A stretch of DNA of 63,887 nucleotides, counting the filler, from Stramenopiles sp. TOSAG23-3 (taxonomy: Eukaryota), in the NCBI GenBank assembly GCA_900128585.1. It is 11 parts of 11 records of this genome, joined end to end, with 100 filler letters (N's around TTAATTAATTAA, not from the genome) between each part and the next. Parts side by side here need not be neighbours in the genome. Positions count along the whole stretch, not along the records: positions 37,238 to 46,428 come from LT642944.1; positions 46,529 to 55,703 come from LT642945.1; 9 more parts are not named here. One strand, written 5' to 3'. This document shows positions 40,569-50,925 of the stretch, piece after piece (the stretch's first letter is position 1; each line of letters starts with the position of its first letter). The position numbers and the translations under genes were made by a program. A model generated the notes under the pieces. That model did no database searches and was not told where the DNA came from. It saw nothing but the letters and a program-made list of their open reading frames with translations.

Positions 40569-41441
40569 CGGTGAAATATCATAGGGTCACCGCGCCCGCT
40601 CGGGCGAGATCAGCGGAAGAAATTTCCTTAAATAATGTTCTCATTTTTATTATTCAGAGATTGATATTTTACCCTGTTAAAATCGATCGTCGATTCTGCT
40701 GCACCCATATCAATCTAGAGGCCACGACTGAACGACCAAAACAACGATCAGTCAGTCGTTCAGGCGACCAACCCGAGCTATGGTTTTTTCAAGTTTGATT
40801 ATACTACATACCCAAATTCCACTAATATCTCTATAAGGCCTTACTATGGTATTTATATCATTTTATAAATAGGGCTAAATATGAGTTGATTATCGAATCA
40901 TACCGGTAGTAGTAAGACAGTTGAAAACTCTTGCTGGAGAAGAAGAAGTAGAAATGGACGATGAGGATTAAGGAAATGTCAATTAAATGATTTATATAAA
41001 TAACCGAACATTTTACCACAAATTTGTTAGACGACACTAGCTTAAAATATTTTGTAGTGATTTTAAGTGAATATGTGTTGAAGGTAAAAAAACTACGAAT
41101 TCCCAAACCGACGTTAGTTTAGATAGGAGAATTGCTATTTATAAAAGTACAAATCGCATAGTCGAGAAAAAACAACTTCTGTATTGTGTAAATCAATAGT
41201 ATGACACAGCGTTAGATAAAAAAAGGAGTGACTTTTTTATTTTAGCCGTTCGTACGAGGGCCCGTTGGGAGTGCCGAGGATCGGGGGAACGTATTAAAAT
41301 ACCATTGACACAGCATCCTTCGCTATGCTGTGCCGATCCGGCTGATAACTCTACAACCCAGAATATTTGTATTGAATTAAGTATATAAATACACCATTAA
41401 TTAATTCATAAATCATGGCCTGAGTGTTGAGTTATCAGCCG
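40569..41441. other. Two hairpin/inverted-repeat-rich non-coding blocks (40569-40789 and 41242-41441)
   Basis: Perfect stems AGATTGATAT/ATATCAATCT, CTGAACGAC/GTCGTTCAG, GCTCGGG/CCCGAGC, CACAGCAT/ATGCTGTG, GGATCGG/CCGATCC and CGGCTGATAACTC/GAGTTATCAGCCG. Confidence 0.55.
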
Positions 41442-41579
41442 TATGCGTCCTGAAGGGTCAAATTTTGATTGGATAATTGTCTACTTACTTAAATCGTTAT
41501 CACCGTATTGTTAAGGAATACGTCTTCGTATATTACAAAAAGTTTTAAAATAAAAAAGTGGGTCATATGGAATAATAGC

Positions 41580-42860
41580 TCGTATATTAATTCCTTTCTA
41601 TTGGGTGTAACCCTACTAAAAATTGGGGACAGCTCGGAAATGAAGATTATTCCTCTCCCCAACACAAAGAGAAAGGAACAACGTCAGAAGAAAAAGAGGA
41701 AGACGAATTCGTTAAAATATTTTGAAAGTAACAAGTCGACAATTGGAGATAGTGTGACAAATTTGTTACACGTCAAACCATCTTGTCTACTAATCCCTTG
41801 AGGTGTGGTGAAACATATTTGAATCCCCAGTAAAATGAGGTATGCAGCTCAAGTTCTTTCTTCCTGAACATTAATTTAAATATCTAGTATTGCATTTACC
41901 ATGGATAAAGAATTAGGAACTTCACCAATACATTTAAAACGAATGGTTCGGGATGAAATACGTTCTGTACAGGTGCTGGATATCATATCTTCTTCACGCA
42001 GGCGCATTTTTTCGGAAATAAACGAAGACTTGGATAATAAAACAGTGGAAAAAAATGGTACTCACGCAGGTCTGAAAACTGCAAACAATCCTCTCAGTGT
42101 ACAGCAAAGGTTGGGAATCCCGCTACAGGGAATTTTCGGTACGTGTCTATTGGGAGAACACATTGCAGCGGGGACGTACTGCATAAATTTAGAAAAAAAC
42201 GCGACAAAGAATAAATCTAATCATGCGTTGGACCAGCTCTCTTTCATCGATATTTTGAATGTTCCTACAATGACTGATACACTATTGGGATGCCATTTAC
42301 ATACTCGAAATGAGCTCGGGAAAAAACAGAAATAAAGGTTCTCGAAGCTTTTTTACAGTGTTATAATTCGGAATATTGAAACACAGATCCATGGGTGACA
42401 AAAGGGGGAACACGTCATCCTATTCCATGTCGTTTTTCCTGTACGTGCGGGAAAAAACAATCTAATTCGAACCGTGCACAGCGTGTTAATGCACAGTGGA
42501 CGGTGAGGATAATGGTGTGACGCATGGGCTTTGGGCTATTCCTCTCCTGATTTCGATGCATTGTTTTATTAACATACGCCCAGCTACGCACAGGTAGGAA
42601 TTCTTGCAGCACAAAAAAGGTTGAAGTAACAGAGACAGAAATCGATTCAATAGTAACTGAATTTAATTTTTGCCTTTTTATTAAAATAAAATTCGAAAGG
42701 GTCAAAGGTCAGGAAAATTTGAAGATCAAAGAGAATAGTTTCACAAGATTTTAATAAAAGAACCTCCTGGAACCACTCCCGAACCAACCGATGACCGATT
42801 ATATTGGGAATCAAGCTGATAGCCCAACGGTTTATAACGGCCGCCTTCCCGTTGACCAAT
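41580..42860 (+). pseudogene. Decayed C-terminal half of an RLE-type (CRE-like) non-LTR ORF (candidate)
   Basis: Fragments in order across frames: LLGV..IG, SG..W, QRLGIPL..C, D.LG.HLH, D....H.PSY...AA....K, YW..LIAQR..AA. Confidence 0.3.
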
Positions 42861-43639
42861 TCCCGCCAAACAAGAGTAAATAAGGACCCATCGCAAACGA
42901 AAACATGAAGGGCTCAGCGAGATGTAATGAATCGTTTACCACCCCTAGAGACAAACGAAAGCGTCAATCGGACAAAGTCCCCCTGCCTTTCGACAAATTA
43001 TAAAGAAGTTTATTTTGGCGAGAAGGATATCACGACGTTAGTTCAGAGCAATGGTGTTGGGTGGGACTACTCGGATTCGCAATGTCGTATCTAGTGACCA
43101 AGATGAATATCTTGGTAAAAGGCCGAGAAAGGGTGAATATCAAAGAAAATAGTTCATAATTTTAACGGCCTGAAACTAATACTGAGAATGACTTGAATGG
43201 TTCACTCAACAGACAAAGTAACACACGTGCACTGCTGTTCAGTAAATCACACAAATTTGATTCAGATTTGAGGGAGTCTCAGGAGACCGGAGAAGTTGGA
43301 GAAGATGAAGCCATTGAAAAATATATGAGTGACATGATGACCACTGGAAGGAAATAAATTTCTTGAATGGAGTCCTTGAAGATTTATAAGCTAGAATATA
43401 AAACTTGTGACAAAAACCAAAACGTGTAATACGTTTTTAATTTTATAAAATATAAATGAAAATGAGAGCGGTGTAAACTTTTTCTTGAAGCGAAAACTAA
43501 ACCACCATGTTCGGAATATTGTATGCTAGGGCCGTAATGCTCAACGTCATAAAATAAAAGGAATGCGTACGTTTTAGAGACAGACAACAGAACCACAGCA
43601 ATGCACACCAGCCTACCATCGCAACATAGCCCTTCAACG

Positions 43640-46428
43640 ATGGCTATGATTACCAACCCAAACTACACTCCCCTCGACCCATTACCGATCATTCCTTGAA
43701 CGATTTACTGGACAGAAAACGAGCAACTTTACAACATTAAAGCCGCTGCCCGATAGATCAAACAAGTTATGATATATCAGTTATGAGTGGGACACCGGAT
43801 GAAAAAATTGATCATGAATTGGACGAAGTCGTTCAAGCACCATTTATCGAAAGAGGTTAACTGGAGTAAACCAAGAGGATAGTGAATATTAGGAAGGAAA
43901 CAAATTGAGATCGCAGGGAAAGTACATAACTAACTTTTTAAGTTTAGAGATTTAAAAAAAAAACATATATATAGTATGCTTTTAAGACTCTCACTTATAT
44001 CAGTCATTGATTCTCTTCGAAATCTAGATTGTTTTCGAGATATCAATAACAACATAGTGCTTAACAGCCATTTTTTTATTTTTAGTCAAGACTAAAGCGA
44101 CAAGGGTATTTGATACTTAAATAACAGCCAATTTTCTTGTGTTTTTTAAGTAAAACAACAAAAGCAGAGATAAGTTCGCAGTACATGAAGGAGCGTAAAC
44201 CTATAATGGGCAAAAGGAGCAGGTTCATTTTCGCGGTACATGATGAAGATAAATTTTAATAACTTAAAATTAACAGCCAATTTTTGTTTTAGAAGTTAAT
44301 TTCTTAACATATAAAGTGAATTAGTTTTAAAAAAAACCGAATTAGGTTTTTTTAACGATTAAACCTTACTTTAGGTAAAATCGCCCCTGACTGCTCGAAA
44401 AGCAAATAACGTTGGGAACAAATGGCAGGTGAATGGTGCCTAGAAGAAAATTGTTAATTTTCGATGGAGGATGTTTACAAGAGCATAACGATAAAAGAAA
44501 AGGAACACCAAGAAATCAAGACAAAAGGCGAAAATATAGAAACTCGAGACGGAAGTAAAAAATAGATTTGAGACAAAAAACAAGTTAATCTGAGTGATTT
44601 ACAATCAAATGAAACATTTATGTTATAATCAAATGGAAACATTTACTTGTAATTTAGATAATCTGAATTAGTATTTTTAAAAGTTAAACTTATTAATTCA
44701 GTTTATCTAAATTTTAATTTAAGATACGGCTCTAGCCCTAACGGCCCTACCAATGGACAATGCCGCTGAAGCAGCCGACCATGCACCCTCTATCCAGAAT
44801 TCGCCAAGCTCGGACTCGGGCCCGGAGATGGAACCGCACAGCTCCGACGAAGGGCAACCCAGTAGTATCGCGACTCTAGAAGTATCAACTTCGGCCCATG
44901 ACACAGAAGAGTGCCATCCTCGGACGAATCAGTAGTGGGGGAGGAAGTGGGTATGGGTATCCACAGAAGGACGAGACAACAGCTCTCGCAAGGAGCCCCC
45001 CCCCCCCCTTCCCCTAAACCCAGTAATTATAACCTCAGACGAAGTGGCAAGGGAGGCGGAAGCGGATCTGGGTATCCCCAGTAAGACGAGAAACAAACAC
45101 AAGCAACACCAACGCCCCGCAGCATCTGGTTTAATGTCGAACAACACAACCACACCACCGCACACCGAACCTTTATCACTGCAGCAAAAACCCCTAATGA
45201 TGGTTCCCAACACCGACCTGAACGACTCTTCCCCGCCATCCCAACCCACCGATGACCATTGAACAATTTACAAGACAGAAAACGATTGCCTTAAAAACAT
45301 TTACACCGCTGCTTAATAAATCACACAGGTTCTGAGTCATTTATGAGTAACATATCGGCTGAAGAAGTTGACTATGGGTCATTTGACATCGTCGAAAATC
45401 CAAATTTAAAAGAACGTCCGTGGAGTTCATTAGATTCAATGAATGGCCCGAGGGAAAAATCGCCCCCGACAATTCAAAAAGCAAGAAATTCTGGGAACAC
45501 TAGCAAGTCAAGCGTACCTAAGAGGAAGAGAATAAAACAATTATTTTTTGGTGGAAGTACAAAAACAATTCAAGAGAAAAAAAAGAGAGAAAAAAAACAA
45601 AAAACAAACTAGTACAGCCACATGAACGTATAATCTTCGAAAGAGAAAAAAGAAAAAAATAACCTGAATGGTTTAACATCAAATTAACCTTTAGTGGTTT
45701 AACATCAAATTGAAACATTTACTTTATAATTAACGCCCCGACCCTATTAGTGTCATCCTCGGATGACGACACAGAGATACAGTCCTCCATACAGTCTTCA
45801 GAAGAAGGGGACCAAAGCATTGCCAGCAGGACGAGACTTCAACTGGCACGCCAACGACTCCCAACCATCGCGTTGCTTACCGAATCTTCACCATTGGAAC
45901 AGAACTCACAAACGCCGATTACGCACACCGACTTAAACGTCCCTCCTTCAACACCTCAATTCACAAATGACAATTTCCTGACTGGTTTACAAGACAGACA
46001 ACTCGCACCTTAAAAAACATTCACGCCACTTCTTGTAAAACTACACAAGGAATGATTCATCTACGAGTGAGACATTGGATGAGGAAGTTAACTATGGGTC
46101 TTTTGACATCGACGCAATTCCACACACTCATTCGGATCATGCATGGAGAACACACGAAAATAATAGTTAGACTAAGTGACAAGAGTACATTGATTACTAA
46201 AATCACAACAGTAGAGATCAGTTCGCAGTACATTAATTTTAATTAACTTACATAACAGCCAATTTTTTGTTTTTAATTTAGAAAAAAAACAAATAAGACT
46301 CTCATTTTAAATCAATTACTATTTCAGTTCCAACCCTAATCCTATCTTGATGTTTTAATTTGATTTTTGTTTTTAATTTAGATAAAAAAAGCAAGAAAAT
46401 TGGCTGTTATTTAAGTAATTAATTTAGA
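43640..46428 (+). mobile_element. Head-to-tail pile-up of 5'-truncated copies (families A, B and a third 3' variant C)
   Basis: Tail copies ~43640-43760, 44085-44290, 44720-45410 and 45732-46274; variant C 44376-44660 resembles 45455-45731; B reverse ~43955-44015 and 46283-46369; A reverse 46384-46418. Confidence 0.75.
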
Positions 46429-46528
46429 NNNNNNNNNNNNNNNNNNNNNNNNNNNNNNNNNNNNNNNNNNNNTTAATTAATTAANNNNNNNNNNNNNNNN
46501 NNNNNNNNNNNNNNNNNNNNNNNNNNNN

Positions 46529-47410
46529 GGGATTTAAATTCTCCTGTTATGTTTGCCAACTGGTCGTCTAAAAAATTTGTCATTGCTGCATACATTCGGC
46601 GGTTGTCTTGTTTGATAAACGAGAACTTTTCTTGGTATTCTTTGGGAGCCTGCAGCGGGTAGTGGATTAGTTTTGAGTTGTAGTTCAAAAACAAAGGCTT
46701 GCTCTTGTCATGGTTTCGTACGATAGAAACGATGCGCTCCCGGAACAGGTACTCTTCGTGCATGGTCCCGTTCAATGCTTTTGCGGGGTGGCCTGAGTTC
46801 CAAAGGTCCACAATTAAATCGTCGTACACGTTTGGATCAGTGGGAATGCTCGTCCGCGCAACTGTGCTACCCCCCCCCATGCAACGTTGGTGTAGGCCCA
46901 GTTACCATGACTGAAGTAAGCCAGCGACGTGTCATAGCCACGTCCCTCTGGGGTGTGTGTTGGTGTAGTCATGCCTACGTCCCACTTTCCGACTGTGTGT
47001 GTCTCATATCCGGCTTCCTTTAGCTTTGCGGCAATGCCTGTCATATTCCGGGGAATGGCACCGTTGATATCGCAAGGACCAACGAGGTTGGTGAGTATGT
47101 GAACGGGTAACCTCCCCGTTTGCAGGGACGAGCGCGATGGGGTGCAGGTCATGTGTACGTAGTGCCGGTTCAACACTATCCCTTCGTCCCTTGCGAGGGA
47201 GTTCATTGTCGGCGTGACCACTTCCCGAGACGGTGTTTCTCTATGGAACCCAATATCACCCCAGCCAAAATCATCTGCAACGACAAGAAGGATATGAGGC
47301 GGGCCCTTTTCGCCATGGTGTCCCTTGCCCCCCACGGCCGCCACCGAAAACAAGAGCCATACGTTTAAATTACAGACCACCAAAAGCAAAACCCAACATG
47401 GTGGTCCCAT
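46529..47410 (-). CDS. Arylsulfatase B/I/J-like sulfatase, 3'-partial, frameshifted at a G9 run
   Basis: Signal peptide, PHILLVVADDFGWGDIG, CTPSRSSLQTGR, VGKWDVG, RGYD. The second frame gives KPLFL..HYPLQAP..RRMYAAM..LDD. The frame switches at 46870-46878. Confidence 0.9.
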
Positions 47411-47990
47411 GGCAGTTCAAAGACAAAAACGGGAGAAACAACGCGCAACCAGACGGTTCCTTTCAACAAAATTGCAACGGGCTACGTTCCTTTATTCTTT
47501 TCCTCTTTCTTTTATTTATTTTCGTCCTTTTATTATATATATTACCGTATGTATATGTGTATAATTGTTTTTGTAAGCTCGTAATAAGTGTCGGATTATT
47601 TTTTTTTAAATAATTAAATAAAATTGTTGAGAGAGAGGAGGAGGGCGGGGGGGGACGGAGGACGGAGACACGGAGACACGGAGAACGGAGGAGATATTTA
47701 TTAGAGAGAAGAAGAACACGACGACTGCGCGCTGCTGACGAAGAAGAAGAAAAAAGAAGTAAAAATATATAGTAGAAGAATAAAAAAATACTTTAAATCT
47801 CATATATTTCTTATAATTTCAATATATTCCCTTGCTTATAAACTTGCAGCCGAATTGAATGTTTCGTGGTTCCCTTGATTAAAAGCACTAACTAACGCAC
47901 GGTATTTTATGCATTTCTTCGTTCTGTGTGTATATGATCCAGACATTTGGATTATTTACCAGTGTAAGAATTTTTAGTATAGAAAATTAG

Positions 47991-48794
47991 ATGCGCCCTT
48001 GTCCTTCGAATTCACTCATGGTGGCGTACCAACCGCTCGTTCTGCTGCCATTTTTTATTTTGGCAACGGTTGGCCCTACAATGGTTGTACCCCAGTGTAA
48101 AGCCGAAGACAGCGCCTACCGACCGACTGTGTGCAAAGCCAAAGAAGAAAAAATATGTTTGTACTACAACCCAATAACAAAACAACTAAAGCAAAACCCA
48201 AAATTAAACACTCCGATGCAACCCATGAATGAGCATGCATCGAACCATGTGAAAGAGTTCCATCAGAAGGATCATCATCATCGCTTAGACAAGTACGTTG
48301 CCTATAAGATGTCCGTAATGGCCCTTAGGCGCCTGGAAGAGTCTGAAAAGGTGCTTGCATTGAAGCACCACTTTCCACGATTAGTGAATGAAATAAACAA
48401 CTGTACGTACGAAATTGAGCACGTCGGCTTTCAAAGCGACCAAATTGATGTTCAATTGAACGAAGAAACAATTCGGACTCAGGTTCATCACATGAGACAG
48501 ATCATGGAGCATGCGGGCGTGATGCACATGGATTACGAGCCGCACTGTAAAAACATTGTCTATCAGGAGAAGACAGGTAAAATCTCTTTGATAGATTGGG
48601 ACATTATCGCGCTGAGATCGAACGTTACAATAAGTGGGGCAAAACCAATGTGGATGGACTCGGACTGGTATCCGGACATATACGCTGATAGATTCTTAGA
48701 CATGCGTGGATGGGATAACTTCGAAAAACGAATGCTTGCTGCCATGAAAGCGTGTCTAAGTCCCACCTGTTTCTGCCGAGACGCTTCCAAATGA
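47991..48794 (+). CDS. Kinase-like (APH/RIO-type fold) protein with signal peptide or anchor
   Basis: Hydrophobic N-terminus; GVMHMD..KNIV and LIDWD motifs. Confidence 0.6.
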   Translation: MRPCPSNSLMVAYQPLVLLPFFILATVGPTMVVPQCKAEDSAYRPTVCKAKEEKICLYYNPITKQLKQNPKLNTPMQPMNEHASNHVKEFHQKDHHHRLDKYVAYKMSVMALRRLEESEKVLALKHHFPRLVNEINNCTYEIEHVGFQSDQIDVQLNEETIRTQVHHMRQIMEHAGVMHMDYEPHCKNIVYQEKTGKISLIDWDIIALRSNVTISGAKPMWMDSDWYPDIYADRFLDMRGWDNFEKRMLAAMKACLSPTCFCRDASK

Positions 48795-49074
48795 CACGGC
48801 ATATGTGTATCGTTAACGAATAATGATCCAGTCTTAAACGTTATCGTTTTAAATATCTTTATTATATATAACATATAGTCGTCTATAAACCCTGGTATAA
48901 AATATTAGAGACTACTAAATGAAATGCAAATAATAAAAAATATATTATTTTATTTATAAAAAAAAAATATCTTCTTTTTTCACACTTTTTTTTTCATCAA
49001 ATTAATATATTAAAATTATGCTGTGTATATGTTATTGAGTTGTTGAGAAGAAAGAAGTATAATATTCCACCCCA

Positions 49075-49135
49075 AGAAGAAGAAGAAGAAGAAGAAGAAG
49101 AAGAAGAAAGAAGAAGAAGAAGAAGATGAAGAAGG
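49075..49135. repeat. (GAA)n microsatellite
   Basis: Direct reading; a similar tract lies at ~10795-10845. Confidence 0.9.
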
Positions 49136-49509
49136 AAATAATAATTATTTTATTTTTTTTATTTTGTTGTTTTTGAAATTCCTATAAATAATATATTTAA
49201 TATTAATTATAATAACAACACAAAGAACAGCAGCGCAGGAAGCATTATAATAAATATCAACAAAAAATCGAAGAAAAGAAGAAAAAATAAAAAAAGGGAG
49301 AAGAGGAGAAGAGGCGGAGGTGTCTTCTTCTTCTCTTCTTGACACCAACAATTATTATATCAAATTTACACAAACATGTATTAATATACAAAGAGATGTA
49401 TGTGTATGTATATCATTGTTATATAGAGTAATAAACAGTTTCAGTGTTTTCTGTCTAGGTGTTGGAAAACCTCTGCTTGTTGGTTGGGCATCGTTTCTAA
49501 AGGGAAGTA

Positions 49510-50631
49510 ATGCGTACCGTGCCTATAATTGCTGCAAAAATTTCACTCTTTGGCTTTTTAGCTCTATTCCACAGCGTCCTACACATGGCCACTATGTCGG
49601 CCGCACAAAAACATACGTGCTCGTCTTCGGCGATTTTATCGACAGGGCCATTGGGCTTTCCTTACACAACGCCAGATCCATTTCTATTTTGCGTATTTCA
49701 TCGAGATATGTACCCTGCAGGAAACGAGAAGAACATGCATGCGCCGAGGAAAGGAAATGGGGCCGATTTCGACTGGTCCAAACCCTATCGTATGTATCAC
49801 GGGATCGACATCGCCGGGTTTCCTCAGCATCCACACAGGGGTTTCGAAACGATCACTGCCACCTTAGAAGGGATAATAGACCACACGGATAGTTTGGGCA
49901 ATGCTGGGCGCTACGGTCATGGAGATGTTCAATGGATGACCGCGGGGAAAGGAGTTGTGCATGGCGAAAACTTTCCTCTGGTCGAGACAGAGAAACCCAA
50001 CTTTACAAAGTTCTTTCAAATCTGGTTGAATCTGCCAGCGAAGAACAAGATGGCGGACGCGTCATTTAAAATGCACTGGAATGAGAACATACCGCGGGTG
50101 AAACAAGAAGGCGTCACCGTTCATGTGTGGGCAGGGGAATTAGAGGGTAAGACTGCACTCCAGCCCACCCCCTTCAGTTGGGCACAAGACGACGCAAATG
50201 ACGTTGCAATTTTTGCATTCGAGCTGATGCCTTCAAAGGAGTTTTACGTCCCCGCCGCTAAAGGTGGCTCGCACACAAACCGTGCACTTTACTTTATTGA
50301 AGGGGACGAGATGTTATGCAACGGCAAATCCTTTACGAAGCCGGTGCATTTGACCATGGACGGCGGCCAACCATTCGAAATTAAGAACAATGGCCCAAGC
50401 GGTAGCAAGCCAATGTTATGCCTTCTCCTCCAGGGTCGCCCGATTGCGGAGCCCGTTGCAAAGTATGGCCCGTTCGTCATGAATACACAACAAGAAATCC
50501 AGCAGGCTTTCAGCGATTACCGGGCGACACAATTTGGTGGGTGGCCATGGAAGGACGACGCTATGGTATTTCCTCGCACGAAAGGCAGGTTTGCACTGTT
50601 GAATGGTGCAGAGACTTATCCGCCTGTCTGA
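49510..50631 (+). CDS. Pirin family protein
   Basis: DPFLF, GFPQHPHRGFETIT, DHTDSLGNAGRYG.GDVQWMTAGKGVVH.E, FQIWLNLP, GRPIAEPVAKYGPFVMNT. Confidence 0.93.
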   Translation: MRTVPIIAAKISLFGFLALFHSVLHMATMSAAQKHTCSSSAILSTGPLGFPYTTPDPFLFCVFHRDMYPAGNEKNMHAPRKGNGADFDWSKPYRMYHGIDIAGFPQHPHRGFETITATLEGIIDHTDSLGNAGRYGHGDVQWMTAGKGVVHGENFPLVETEKPNFTKFFQIWLNLPAKNKMADASFKMHWNENIPRVKQEGVTVHVWAGELEGKTALQPTPFSWAQDDANDVAIFAFELMPSKEFYVPAAKGGSHTNRALYFIEGDEMLCNGKSFTKPVHLTMDGGQPFEIKNNGPSGSKPMLCLLLQGRPIAEPVAKYGPFVMNTQQEIQQAFSDYRATQFGGWPWKDDAMVFPRTKGRFALLNGAETYPPV

Positions 50632-50798
50632 CGGGGCATGCGAAGAAAGGGGGCGCAGAAACGAGAACCTGCAACAAATTAAATTAAGACACAATATGTT
50701 GAGAGTAAAAGACATATTATGATATCATATATACGAAAATATAATAAGGGTACAGTATATTATCAGAGGGAAATAATAGGCAAAATATGATTCACGCA

Positions 50799-50849
50799 TT
50801 CTAAAGTCTAAAAACAAGAAAATTGGCTGTTATTTAAGTTCTAAAGTCT
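50799..50849 (-). mobile_element. 29-bp family-A fragment with a perfect 11-bp target-site duplication
   Basis: TTCTAAAGTCT (50799-50809) + AAAAACAAGAAAATTGGCTGTTATTTAAG (50810-50838) + TTCTAAAGTCT (50839-50849). Confidence 0.92.
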
Positions 50850-50925
50850 TCTTATTCTTTACACTTCGTAAGAGCTAAACATATGCAACTCTTTTCGTAG
50901 AAAATTAATATTTGCGTGTTAACAG

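Noticed and set aside
40585-40600. SRP RNA Alu-domain-like GCGGGCGCGGTG on the minus strand
   Set aside because: No UGUNR motif and no helix-8 motif follow.
41309-41345. HDV-like ribozyme (CCTTCGCT loop resembles L3)
   Set aside because: The nested P1/P2 pseudoknot order and the P1.1 GG could not be built; it is a simple hairpin.
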